A DNA stretch of 64,000 nt from a candidate division WOR-3 bacterium. GTDB lineage: Bacteria > Hydrothermota > Hydrothermia > Hydrothermales > JAJRUZ01. The DNA is taken from the NCBI GenBank assembly GCA_039803925.1, contig JBDRZL010000001.1, positions 172,800 to 236,799 of the forward strand, given 5' to 3'. The notes below the pieces were generated by a model. It was not told the DNA's origin, searched no databases, and saw only the letters and a list, made by a program, of their open reading frames with translations. Of the stretch, positions 40,506-50,159 are shown one piece after another. Both the position numbers and the translations under genes were made by a program. Every line of letters begins with the position of its first letter. Position 1 is the stretch's first letter.

Positions 40506-43155
40506 AATGTTCCTCTACAAGGTTTTTATCTTCTTCTTCAATTACAGCATGTGCTGCTGATAATCTTGCAATAGGAACCCTAAAAGGTGAACAGGAAACA
40601 TAAGTGAGACCTATTCTATGACAGAACTTCACTGACTCAGGGTCCCCTCCGTGTTCTCCGCAAATTCCTATTTTTAAATTTGGATTTGCTTTTTTACCTT
40701 TTTCAACTCCAATTTTCATAAACTCACCAACACCTTCTTGATCAAGAGTTTTAAAGGGATCATCTTTTAAAATTTTTTTATCAATATAATAGGGCAAAAA
40801 CTTTCCTATATCATCTCTTGAAAAACCAAAAACTGTTTGTGTCAGATCATTGGTTCCAAAGGAGAAAAATTCAGCAACCTGTGCTATTTCATCTGCTGTT
40901 ATACATGCTCTCGGTATTTCAATCATTGTTCCAACTTTGTAATCAATCTTGATACCTTCCTTTTCCATAACTTCCTTTGCAACCCTATCCACAGTTTCCT
41001 TCTGTAAAACTAACTCTTCTTTTATACCTACAAGTGGAATCATAACTTCAGGTATTGCTTTTATTCCTTCCTTTATTGCCTTAGCTGCTGCTTCAAAAAT
41101 TGCCCTTGCTTGCATTTCAGTAATTTCTGGATAGGTTATACCAAGTCTACAACCCCTGTGACCAAGCATTGGGTTCATTTCCTTTAAACTTTCTGCAATC
41201 TTCTTTATTTCCTTAGCAGTTTTTCCAGTTCTTTTTGCTAATTTTCTTATTGACGCTTCATCTTTTGGTAAGAATTCATGTAAAGGAGGATCAAGCGTTC
41301 TAATAGTTACAGGATAACCGTCCATTTCCTTGAAAATTAAATAAAAATCCTCTCTCTGAAGAGGTAAAAGCTTTTCCAAAGCTCTTTTTCTCTCTTCTTC
41401 ATTTTCAGCAAGGATCATTTCCTGCATTGTGTATATTCTTTCTCCTTCAAAAAACATATGCTCTGTTCTGCATAAACCTATACCCTCTGCTCCAAATTCC
41501 CTTGCCTTCCTTGCATCACGAGGAGTATCTGCATTTGCTCTTACTCCTAATCTTCTTATTTTATCTGCAAATTTTAAAAGCTCTTCAAGTTCAGGAAAAA
41601 TTTCAGGTTCAATAAGATCAGCCTTTCCTTCATAGACTTTTCCAGTATTTCCATCAATGCTTATATAATCACCCTCTCTCAAAATTTTTCCATTAACTTC
41701 CATAAATTTACCTTTTTCATCAACATGAAGGGCTTCACAACCAACAACACATGGTTTTCCCATTCCCCTTGCTACAACTGCTGCATGTGAAGTCATACCT
41801 CCCCTTGCTGTCAAAATACCTTTTGCCCTAACCATCCCATGTATATCATCAGGAGAAGTTTCAACTCTTACAAGTATAACAGGTTCTCCTTTTTCAGCCA
41901 TTTCCATTGCATCGTCGGCTGTAAAATAAATTTTTCCTACTGCTGCTCCCGGAGATGCGGGAAGTCCAACTGCAATTGCTGAATTTTTCTTTTCAAATTC
42001 AGGTGAAATTTGCGGATGTAAAAGCTTTTCAAGGTCTTCTGGTGAAACCCTTTTAAGAGCTGTTTTTTCATCAATTATTCCTTCTTTAACCATACTTACA
42101 GCAATCTTAACTTGAGCTCGTGGTGTTCTTTTTCCCACTCTTGTTTGAAGAAAGTAAACCTTACCTTTTTCAACTGTAAATTCCATATCCTGCATATCCT
42201 TATAATGTCTTTCAAGTTTTTCAAAAATTTCCACTAATTGATTATAAATTTCAGGTTTTCTATGTTTTAATTCTGAAAGTGGAAGAGGAGTCCTTATTCC
42301 TGCTACAACATCTTCACCCTGAGCATTAAACAAAAACTCACCAAAAACTTCCTTTTCTCCTGTTGAAGGGTTCCTTGAAAAAGCAACTCCTGTTCCTGAA
42401 TCTTCACCCATATTTCCAAAAACCATTGCTTGAACATTACATGCAGTTCCCCAGTCATCGGGTATTTTGTATATTCTCCTGTATTCAATTGCTCTTTTAT
42501 TATTCCATGACTCAAAAACTGCAATAATTGCTTTCCATAACTGATCATATGGATCCTGTGGAAAATCTATTTTTTTCTCCTCTTTTACAAGTTTTTTAAA
42601 GCTTTCTACAACTTCTTTCCAGTCCTCAGCTTTTAATTCATTATCATATTTAACATTTTTTTCTCTTTTTTTCTCCTCTATTATTTCCTCAAATTTTTTC
42701 CTGTCTATGCCTAAAACAATATCTGAAAACATCATAATAAACCTTCTATAGGAATCATAGGCAAACCTTTCATCTTTTGTTTTTTCTGCAAGTCCCTTTA
42801 CCGTTTCATCGTTAAGACCAAGATTTAAAACTGTATCCATCATTCCTGGCATTGAAGCCCTTGCACCTGACCTCACAGAAACAAGAAGAGGATTCTCAGG
42901 GTCTCCAAATTTTTTTCCTGTTCTTTTTTCAAGAAGCCTTAAAGCATTCTCTACTTCTTCTTTTAAACCTTCAGGGAGTTTACCCTCTTTAAAGTAATAT
43001 ACACAGGCTTCAGTTGATATTGTAAATCCGGGCGGAACACTTATTCCTATTCTTGTCATTTCATGAAGATTTGCACCTTTTCCCCCCAAAAGGTCTTTCA
43101 TCTGAGCATTTCCTTCTGCTTGATTATCTCCAAAAGAATAAACAAACTTTTTCAT
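40495..43155 (-). CDS. ppdK: pyruvate, phosphate dikinase
   Basis: It is 886 aa. The N-terminus is FGDNQAEGNAQMKDLLGGKGANLHEM. The phosphohistidine domain reads GGMTSHAAVVARGMGKPCVVG. A C-terminal PEP-utilising domain follows. Confidence 0.9.
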   Translation of the reverse strand: MKKFVYSFGDNQAEGNAQMKDLLGGKGANLHEMTRIGISVPPGFTISTEACVYYFKEGKLPEGLKEEVENALRLLEKRTGKKFGDPENPLLVSVRSGARASMPGMMDTVLNLGLNDETVKGLAEKTKDERFAYDSYRRFIMMFSDIVLGIDRKKFEEIIEEKKREKNVKYDNELKAEDWKEVVESFKKLVKEEKKIDFPQDPYDQLWKAIIAVFESWNNKRAIEYRRIYKIPDDWGTACNVQAMVFGNMGEDSGTGVAFSRNPSTGEKEVFGEFLFNAQGEDVVAGIRTPLPLSELKHRKPEIYNQLVEIFEKLERHYKDMQDMEFTVEKGKVYFLQTRVGKRTPRAQVKIAVSMVKEGIIDEKTALKRVSPEDLEKLLHPQISPEFEKKNSAIAVGLPASPGAAVGKIYFTADDAMEMAEKGEPVILVRVETSPDDIHGMVRAKGILTARGGMTSHAAVVARGMGKPCVVGCEALHVDEKGKFMEVNGKILREGDYISIDGNTGKVYEGKADLIEPEIFPELEELLKFADKIRRLGVRANADTPRDARKAREFGAEGIGLCRTEHMFFEGERIYTMQEMILAENEEERKRALEKLLPLQREDFYLIFKEMDGYPVTIRTLDPPLHEFLPKDEASIRKLAKRTGKTAKEIKKIAESLKEMNPMLGHRGCRLGITYPEITEMQARAIFEAAAKAIKEGIKAIPEVMIPLVGIKEELVLQKETVDRVAKEVMEKEGIKIDYKVGTMIEIPRACITADEIAQVAEFFSFGTNDLTQTVFGFSRDDIGKFLPYYIDKKILKDDPFKTLDQEGVGEFMKIGVEKGKKANPNLKIGICGEHGGDPESVKFCHRIGLTYVSCSPFRVPIARLSAAHAVIEEEDKNLVEEHYGK

Positions 43156-43174
43156 AAGTTAAATTAAATAATCC

Positions 43175-43191
43175 TTCGGAGTTGAACCGAA
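43175..43191 (-). promoter_or_regulatory. leader hairpin variant (minus strand TTCGG-TTCAACT-CCGAA) abutting SD AAGGA of ppdK
   Basis: It is a 5-bp stem with a 7-nt T-loop-like loop. It lies 20 nt upstream of the ppdK ATG and is related to the GGTTCGAATCC motif. Confidence 0.3.
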
Positions 43192-43222
43192 TTTAATTTT
43201 TAAGAATTAATTTTAAAACGGT

Positions 43223-44089
43223 TTACTCTTTAAATTCAAATCTATTTTTTCCCTTATTCTTTGCTAAATAAAGTGCTTTATCTGCTCTTTTTATACATTC
43301 TTCAATATTCTCCTTTTCTTTACAGGAACTTATCCCTATTGATACAGTGACCCTCTCCCCTATTTCCTCTTGTGAACTTTCTCTTGTTTTATTCAATATA
43401 TCCTCAGCAATTTTAATAACTTCATCTTTTTTAAAATCTGGTAAAATAATTAAAAATTCTTCTCCTCCCCATCTTATAACAAATCCCCTATCTTCTAACT
43501 CTCTTAATATCCTTGAAATAAAAACCAAAAGGCTGTCTCCTGTATCATGACCATAAATATCATTGAATCTTTTAAAGTTATCAATATCAATAAAAAGAAT
43601 AAAAATTTCTTCTGCTTTTAAAAGAACTTCCTTTATCTTCTGATAGAAAGCTCTTCTTGTAAAAAGTCCAGTTAACTCATCCCTTAAAGCCATTTCTTCA
43701 AGTCTTAAAATTTTTTCTCTCTCCTCTTTTGCTATATAGTAAAGTCTTTTGCTTACATTTAAAATCTGTTTTGTGCTTTCATCAAGTGTTATTTCTTGAG
43801 TGGTAAAAATCAAGTTATAAATTCCAACTCCAATTTCGTCTCCAATTTTTAATCTTTCCCTTTTTATTCTCTGACCATTTAAAAATGTTCCATTTGTGCT
43901 ACCAAGATCCTCTATAAAAATAGAATCTTCTTTTAAAAAAATTTTACAATGTTTTCTTGAAACAAGGGAATCATCAAGAACAAGGTCATTCTCTGGATTT
44001 CTGCCTATTAAAATCTCATTTTTTTTTATCGGAAAAATTTTTAAAATTTCTTCTCCTTTTTTAATAATCAGATTAAAGGACTTTCCCAT
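43223..44089 (-). CDS. FHA domain-containing diguanylate cyclase (GGDEF family)
   Basis: The FHA domain reads ILIGRNPENDLVLDDSLVSRKHCKI...GSTNGTFLNG. The GGDEF domain has DELTGLFTRRAF and the active-site variant RWGGEEF. Confidence 0.75.
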   Translation of the reverse strand: MGKSFNLIIKKGEEILKIFPIKKNEILIGRNPENDLVLDDSLVSRKHCKIFLKEDSIFIEDLGSTNGTFLNGQRIKRERLKIGDEIGVGIYNLIFTTQEITLDESTKQILNVSKRLYYIAKEEREKILRLEEMALRDELTGLFTRRAFYQKIKEVLLKAEEIFILFIDIDNFKRFNDIYGHDTGDSLLVFISRILRELEDRGFVIRWGGEEFLIILPDFKKDEVIKIAEDILNKTRESSQEEIGERVTVSIGISSCKEKENIEECIKRADKALYLAKNKGKNRFEFKE

Positions 44090-44109
44090 TATATTGTTTT
44101 AAATAATTT

Positions 44110-45567
44110 CTACCCCTTTACAACTCCAAAAGGTTTTAATCTTGCAACCTTTTTTGAAATTCCTGCTCTATCAACAACATCCACCACAATATCAAGGTCT
44201 TTGTAAGCATCAGGAATTTCCTCTTCCATTGTATCTCTTGATGCTGCTCTTATTTTAACTCCAATTTTTAAAAGTTCAGCCTCTATATTCCTCCCTTTTG
44301 AAGCTCTTACTGCTGCTGCTCTTGAAAGAACTCTTCCTGCACCATGACAAGTTGAACCAAAGGATTTTTCCATCGCAGTTTTTGTTCCAACAAGTATATA
44401 TGAACCCGTCCCCATACTTCCTGGAATTAAAACCGGTTGACCTATCTCTTTATAAACTTCTGGTATTTCAGGATGATGAGGAGGAAAAGCTCTTGTGGCT
44501 CCTTTTCTGTGTACCCAAACCCATCTTTCTTTTCCGTTTATAACATGTTTTTCTCTTTTTGCTATGTTATGGGCAACATCATAAACCATATGTATTCCAA
44601 GTTCTTCGGAACTTTTTCCAAAAACTTTCTCAAAACTTTCTCTTACCCAGTGTGCAATCATCTGTCTGTTACACCAAGCAAAATTTGCAGCAGCGGTCAT
44701 CGCCTTAATATAATCCTTTGCTTCCTTCGAATTAATTGGAGCACAGGCAAGCTGTTTATCAGGAAGGTCAATATTATATTTCCTCATGGCATTTAACATT
44801 ATTTTTATAAAATCATCAGCTATTTGATGACCGAACCCTCTTGAACCACAGTGAATCATTAAACATACCTGCCCTAAAAAAAGACCCATCTTTTTAGCAG
44901 ACTCTTCATCAAAAATTTTTTCTACAACCTGAAGCTCAAGAAAGTGATTCCCTGAGCCAAGAGTTCCAAGTTGTGGCATACCCCTTTCTCTTGCTTTCTT
45001 TGAAACTGGCAAAGGATCCGCTCCAGGCATTGCTCCATATGATTCAGTTCTTTTTAAGTCTTCCTCTGTTCCAAATCCCTTTTTAACAGCCCATTTTGCT
45101 CCTAAAACCATTACATCCTCCAAATCTTTTTCACTTACTCTTAATTTACCCTTTGCTCCAACTCCTGAAGGTATATTGACGAAAAGAGCATCAAGTAATT
45201 TATCAAGATACGGTTCTACTTCTTCTTTTTTTAAATTTGTTCTTAATACTCTTACTCCGCAATTTATATCATAACCAACACCACCTGGTGAAATTACTCC
45301 TTCATTTTCGTCCATTGCAGCAACACCCCCTATTGGGAATCCATATCCCCAGTGAATATCAGGCATTGCAAGAGAAGCCTTTAAAATTCCGGGTAAGTGG
45401 GCTACATTTGCAACCTGTTCAGGAGCTTTATCCTGAACTATACTTTCCATTAGTTTTTTTGTAGCAAAAATAATTCCAGGAACCCTCATTCCAGGTTTGT
45501 AATTTTTGGGAATTTCAAATGTAACATCATCAATTTGATTTAAAGGTCCTTTCCAGACTTCTGACAT
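44110..45567 (-). CDS. rtcB: RNA-splicing ligase RtcB
   Basis: It is 485 aa. Motifs GSGNHF, HCGSRGFGHQIADD and HRKGATRA are present. Confidence 0.85.
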   Translation of the reverse strand: MSEVWKGPLNQIDDVTFEIPKNYKPGMRVPGIIFATKKLMESIVQDKAPEQVANVAHLPGILKASLAMPDIHWGYGFPIGGVAAMDENEGVISPGGVGYDINCGVRVLRTNLKKEEVEPYLDKLLDALFVNIPSGVGAKGKLRVSEKDLEDVMVLGAKWAVKKGFGTEEDLKRTESYGAMPGADPLPVSKKARERGMPQLGTLGSGNHFLELQVVEKIFDEESAKKMGLFLGQVCLMIHCGSRGFGHQIADDFIKIMLNAMRKYNIDLPDKQLACAPINSKEAKDYIKAMTAAANFAWCNRQMIAHWVRESFEKVFGKSSEELGIHMVYDVAHNIAKREKHVINGKERWVWVHRKGATRAFPPHHPEIPEVYKEIGQPVLIPGSMGTGSYILVGTKTAMEKSFGSTCHGAGRVLSRAAAVRASKGRNIEAELLKIGVKIRAASRDTMEEEIPDAYKDLDIVVDVVDRAGISKKVARLKPFGVVKG

Positions 45568-45607
45568 TTTTTACCTCCTTTTTAATTATGGGATTAATTA
45601 TAAAGCA

Positions 45608-46438
45608 CTAACTTGAAATTTTTAAAAGAAAATCAATAAATTCTCTCTCTAAATTTTTATAATCTTTAAAAACTTTAATTTCAACTCCATTAATAACTTC
45701 CACAGGTTTTAGTTCTGTTGTTGTTCCTGTAAGAAAAACACCATCAGCATCAAATAAATCCCATAAATAAACTCTATTTTCAATAACTTTAAAACCTTTA
45801 TTTTTTAAAAATTCAATAAACCTTTTTCTTGTCACACCTGGTAATATACCATTAAGCTTGGGAGTGAAAAATACTTGATTTTTAAAATAAAAAATGTTGG
45901 TTGATGAACCTTCTTTTATAGAGCCGTCCTCTTCAAAAAATAAGGCCTCATCATATCCCCTTTTCTTTGCCTGGAACTTTGCCATAACATTTGGTAATAA
46001 ATTTATCGTTTTAATATCAGCCCTTTTCCATCTTATTTCAGGATAAAATATTATCTTAAATTTTTCAGGAATTTCAGGAATTTTTTGAGCAAAAATTAAA
46101 TAATTGGGCTCTGGTTTTGCTTTAACAAAATGCTCTCTTTCTGTTGAACCACCTGTTACCTGAATATAAATTGAGCATTCATCACTTTTGAATTTTTTAG
46201 CAACCTTTAGACATATTTTTTTCCATTCATCCCTGTTTAATGGATTTTTAATCATAATCTCATTCAATCCTTTTTCCATTCTTTCCATATGGTCATCAAA
46301 ACAAATTAAAACTTTTTTACTGTATTTTATAACCTCATAAACAGATTCACCGAAATTAAAACCTCTATCTTTTAAAAAATTATAATAATTTTTACTTTTT
46401 ACAAATTTCCCATTATAAAAAATCAGCTCAGAACCCAT
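45608..46438 (-). CDS. class IV (fold type IV) aminotransferase (BCAT / D-amino-acid aminotransferase / ADC lyase-like)
   Basis: It is 276 aa. C-terminal motifs LPGVTRKRFIEF and GVFLTGTTTELKPV are typical of fold-type IV PLP enzymes. Confidence 0.55.
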   Translation of the reverse strand: MGSELIFYNGKFVKSKNYYNFLKDRGFNFGESVYEVIKYSKKVLICFDDHMERMEKGLNEIMIKNPLNRDEWKKICLKVAKKFKSDECSIYIQVTGGSTEREHFVKAKPEPNYLIFAQKIPEIPEKFKIIFYPEIRWKRADIKTINLLPNVMAKFQAKKRGYDEALFFEEDGSIKEGSSTNIFYFKNQVFFTPKLNGILPGVTRKRFIEFLKNKGFKVIENRVYLWDLFDADGVFLTGTTTELKPVEVINGVEIKVFKDYKNLEREFIDFLLKISS

Positions 46439-47217
46439 ATATGATTTACAGGAATTGAGCCTTTGCCTATTTCAAAAGAATATTTTATTGCTCCTTCAAT
46501 AAATTTTTTGGCTCTTGAAATAGAATCAAAAGGTGAGAAACCAAGAGCAAGATTCGCTGCAATACTTGCAGAAAAAGTGCACCCGGCTCCATGAAATTTT
46601 TTTCCCTTTATAATTTTTTTCCCTTCAAGAAGCTCAAAATTTTTTCCGTCATATACAACATCAATAGCCTTATCACCAAAATGTCCCCCTTTTATAACCA
46701 CATATTTTGGCCCCATACTTTTTAAGATTTCAGAAGCTTTTTTTGCATTTTCTATACTTTCTATTTTTATTCCTGTAAAATTTTCAGCTTCCCATCTGTT
46801 TGGTGTTAAAATAAGAGAAAGTGGAAAAAGCTTTTCAATTAAAGCATTTTTTGCATCTTCAAGAAGTAATCTATCTCCTGAACCTGCAAAAACAACAGGA
46901 TCAAGTACATAATTTTTTAAATTAAAAAATTTTATTCTATCTGCAACAACTTCTATTATTTCCTTTGAATAAAGCATACCTGATTTAAAGGCTTTAATTT
47001 GAAAATCCCTTGCAACCATATCTATCTGATCTTTTACAATCTCAGGGTCAATACCCTGAATAGATTTAACCCCCTCTGTATTCTGTGAAGTTATAGCAGT
47101 GATAACTGAGAGTCCAAAAGTTTTATGAACAGCAAAGGTTTTTAAATCTGCCTGAATTCCTGCTCCACCACCACTATCACTACCTGCTATGGTAAGAACG
47201 ACAGGATATTTATTCAA
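46423..47217 (-). CDS. thiD: hydroxymethylpyrimidine/phosphomethylpyrimidine kinase
   Basis: The N-terminus VLTIAGSDSGGGAGIQADLKTF and the ribokinase-like fold indicate ThiD. It is 264 aa. Confidence 0.8.
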   Translation of the reverse strand: MNKYPVVLTIAGSDSGGGAGIQADLKTFAVHKTFGLSVITAITSQNTEGVKSIQGIDPEIVKDQIDMVARDFQIKAFKSGMLYSKEIIEVVADRIKFFNLKNYVLDPVVFAGSGDRLLLEDAKNALIEKLFPLSLILTPNRWEAENFTGIKIESIENAKKASEILKSMGPKYVVIKGGHFGDKAIDVVYDGKNFELLEGKKIIKGKKFHGAGCTFSASIAANLALGFSPFDSISRAKKFIEGAIKYSFEIGKGSIPVNHIWVLS

Positions 47218-47812
47218 AACTTATTTCCTTTTCCTCTGTTATTATACCCTTATATAAAAAAGAAACCTGTCTTAATGCAGCATAAAAATCAAATTCATTT
47301 ATTGCTGATATGGCATCCATAGGAACAATTACTTTATAACCATGTAAAGCAGCAGAACCAGCAGTATGTAAAACACAGATATTTGCAACAGTTCCTGTTA
47401 CTATAACATTTTTTACATTATTTATCCTTAAAAGATGGTCAAGGGAGGTTCCAAAAAAGGCATCGTATCTAAGTTTCCTAATAACATAATCTCCTTTTTC
47501 AGGTTTTAACTCATCAATTATTTCAGAACCCCATGTTTCCTTAACAGCATGTTTTCCCCATATAGGGAATTCAATATCCTCTTCCTCATGATAATCCTGT
47601 GTATAAAAAATCTTAACTCTTTTATTTCTTGCTTTTTTTATTAAATTCTTTATAACAGGAATAGTTTTTTTTGCATCAGGAACAAAAAGAGCTCCTTTTT
47701 CATCCACAAAATCATTTTGCATATCAACAATAATTAAAGAAGTTTCATCAGACTTTAATAAAATACTCCTTTTTACCTCAATCTCAGGAACTAAAACTTC
47801 TTTAGTTCTCAT
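47210..47812 (-). CDS. isochorismatase-family cysteine hydrolase (nicotinamidase PncA-like)
   Basis: The motif LIIVDMQNDF and a catalytic Cys in VANICV are present. It is 200 aa. Confidence 0.7.
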   Translation of the reverse strand: MRTKEVLVPEIEVKRSILLKSDETSLIIVDMQNDFVDEKGALFVPDAKKTIPVIKNLIKKARNKRVKIFYTQDYHEEEDIEFPIWGKHAVKETWGSEIIDELKPEKGDYVIRKLRYDAFFGTSLDHLLRINNVKNVIVTGTVANICVLHTAGSAALHGYKVIVPMDAISAINEFDFYAALRQVSFLYKGIITEEKEISFE

Positions 47813-47847
47813 ATTTAAAATAAAATAGAGATAAAATATATAAGATA

Positions 47848-47874
47848 GGGATTTGAACCCTTTGATAAATCAAA
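47848..47874 (-). promoter_or_regulatory. leader motif variant GGGTTCAAATCCC (minus strand) adjacent to the perfect palindrome TTTGATAAATCAAA
   Basis: GGGATTTGAACCC occupies 47848-47860 on the plus strand, 36 nt upstream of the isochorismatase-family gene ATG. The palindrome at 47861-47874 overlaps the stop of the upstream small ORF. Confidence 0.3.
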
Positions 47875-48073
47875 CAGATTTCAACTTATCCTTTATTGGC
47901 TTTAAAAATTCCTCCGCATTCTTTAAATAGGGATTAACTTTTAATGCTTTTTCTATAATTTTTTTTCTTTCCTCCTCTGTTTGAGCCTTTAAATATTTTT
48001 CTCTCAATTTTTTTATTTTCCATTTTCTGTGTTTTTTTCGATTTAATTCAGTTTCTTTTATTCTTCCTTTCAT
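47870..48073 (-). CDS. small highly basic hypothetical protein (67 aa)
   Basis: It is a K/R/E-rich ORF occupying the gap between PBP1A and the isochorismatase-family gene. I see no recognisable family, and it may not be expressed. Confidence 0.3.
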   Translation of the reverse strand: MKGRIKETELNRKKHRKWKIKKLREKYLKAQTEEERKKIIEKALKVNPYLKNAEEFLKPIKDKLKSV

Positions 48074-48116
48074 AGTATAAATTATAAAAAATTTTTTTCA
48101 AAAATTCAATATTTTT

Positions 48117-50159
48117 TTACAATTTTCCCCTTTTGAGAGGAGACCTTTCTTTTAAATGTTTTGAGCATAAAACTTTTGGTTCTTTTCCTTCAATATAAAT
48201 TTCAACCCTTTTCTTTGGGCAAAACTCTGTAGCAAGTTCTCCTGTTTCAGTGCAAACTGTGGCATAAATAATTCCTCCAGGTTTTTTAAAATCAACAGTA
48301 TCAGGAATTCCAAGAATTTCGTTTGATCTCTTCATAAAAAGAGACCATATAGGTAAAGCAAGAACAGCTCCTGTAGCTCTATCAAAAATTGTCATAACTG
48401 AATCAAAACCTACCCATACTCCACATAAAATTTTAGGTGTAAAACCGATAAACCAGGTATCTGTATATTTATCAGTTGTTCCAGTCTTCCCAGCAGCAAT
48501 TCCTTTAAAACCGTAATCTTTTGCATAATAAGCTGTTCCATACTGGAAAGTGGATTTCATCATATCTACTAAAATATAGACTTCCCTTTCATCAAAAACT
48601 TTTTCTGGTTCATATGTAAATTTTTCAATTATATTACCATTAGAAAGTTCTATTTCATTTATCAAATGCATCTTTTTCCTTTTTCCTAAATTGGCAATAG
48701 TAAGATAACTTTCACACATCTCCCACAAAGAAAGACTGGGGGAACCAAGAGCTATTGAAAGAACAGGAGGTATATAACCTTTTATACCCAGTCTGTTGGC
48801 AAACTCAATTACTGATTCTGGCCCAATCTTTTCAAGAATATGAACTGTAGCCAGGTTTCTTGAATGAGCAAGGGCATCCCTAACTGTAATAAGACCCATA
48901 AACTGGTCATCAAAATTCCTTGGTTTCCATGGTTTCCCTGAACCATCATCTTCTATAACATAAGGTAAATCCTCAACCGGATCACCAGGAAAAATCCCTG
49001 AATTAATTGCTGTAAGATATATAAAGGGTTTAAAAGCTGAACCTACCTGTCTTTTAGCCTGAATTGCCCTGTTAAACTGCGACTTTAAAAAGTTTCTTCC
49101 ACCTATAAGAGCAAGAACATCACCTGTCTCTACATCAACTGCAATCATAGCGACTTCCAGTTTTAAAGAATCAGATTTTTTATATCTTCCTTTATAGTAG
49201 GTTCTTACTCTTTTATCATAAATAGGTAAAATAGAATCAACAATTTTCTCTGCTATTTTCTGCAATCTTAAATCCATTGAAAGTTTTACTTTAACTCCTT
49301 CCTTGTAAAGAAAATCTTCTCCGTAAAGAGAATTAATATATTTACGAACCTCCTCAAAATAATATCTTCCTATACTTTTAACAGATTCCTTATCCTTATC
49401 TTGTTTCTGAGGTAAAGGCTCCTTTAAAGCTTTTTCATAAGTTTTTTTATCTATAACTTTATTTTCATAAAGAACTTTAAGGACAAAGTCTCTTCTTTTT
49501 TTAGAAAGTTCCGGATTTTTAAAAGGAGAATAAATGTTTGCATTTTTGGGAATAGCAGCAAGTAAAGCAGCTTCAGCCCATGTTACATTTTTCGGAGATT
49601 TACCAAAAAAATGTTTACATGCTGTTTTTATACCGTATATACCTTCTCCAAAGTAAATCTGATTTAAATATCTTTCAAGAATCTCATTTTTTGTAAAGGT
49701 TTTCTCTATTATTAAAGCTAAAACAATCTCTTTTATTTTTCTTTCAAGTGTTTTCTCAAAAGTAAGAAACATATTTCTTGCTAATTGCTGTGTGATTGTT
49801 GATGCACCCTGTGTGTACTTACCTTCTTTTATATTTACAAAGAATGCTTTAATTAATCGTAAAAAATCTATACCAAAATGCTTGTAAAATCTTTTATCCT
49901 CAAGTGTTATAAAAGCTTTCTGTATTAAAGGAGAAATTGAATCAAGGGGCACAGGTTCTCTTTTTTCTGTAAAAAATTCATAAACTATCTTCCCCTCCCT
50001 GTCATATACATAGGTGACCTTATCCGGTTTATAAAAATATATCATCTCAAGAGGAGGTAAATCCCTTGATAAATAAAAATAGAAACCAAGGAAAATTCCA
50101 GTTGTTAAAATTATAAAAATAATTAAAAAACTAATCCAATTCTTTGAAAACAATTTCAT
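48117..50159 (-). CDS. mrcA: penicillin-binding protein 1A (bifunctional glycosyltransferase/transpeptidase)
   Basis: The GT51 motifs are FITLEDKRFYKHFGIDF and GASTITQQLARN. The transpeptidase motifs are SAFKP (SxxK) and KTGTT. Confidence 0.85.
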   Translation of the reverse strand: MKLFSKNWISFLIIFIILTTGIFLGFYFYLSRDLPPLEMIYFYKPDKVTYVYDREGKIVYEFFTEKREPVPLDSISPLIQKAFITLEDKRFYKHFGIDFLRLIKAFFVNIKEGKYTQGASTITQQLARNMFLTFEKTLERKIKEIVLALIIEKTFTKNEILERYLNQIYFGEGIYGIKTACKHFFGKSPKNVTWAEAALLAAIPKNANIYSPFKNPELSKKRRDFVLKVLYENKVIDKKTYEKALKEPLPQKQDKDKESVKSIGRYYFEEVRKYINSLYGEDFLYKEGVKVKLSMDLRLQKIAEKIVDSILPIYDKRVRTYYKGRYKKSDSLKLEVAMIAVDVETGDVLALIGGRNFLKSQFNRAIQAKRQVGSAFKPFIYLTAINSGIFPGDPVEDLPYVIEDDGSGKPWKPRNFDDQFMGLITVRDALAHSRNLATVHILEKIGPESVIEFANRLGIKGYIPPVLSIALGSPSLSLWEMCESYLTIANLGKRKKMHLINEIELSNGNIIEKFTYEPEKVFDEREVYILVDMMKSTFQYGTAYYAKDYGFKGIAAGKTGTTDKYTDTWFIGFTPKILCGVWVGFDSVMTIFDRATGAVLALPIWSLFMKRSNEILGIPDTVDFKKPGGIIYATVCTETGELATEFCPKKRVEIYIEGKEPKVLCSKHLKERSPLKRGKL

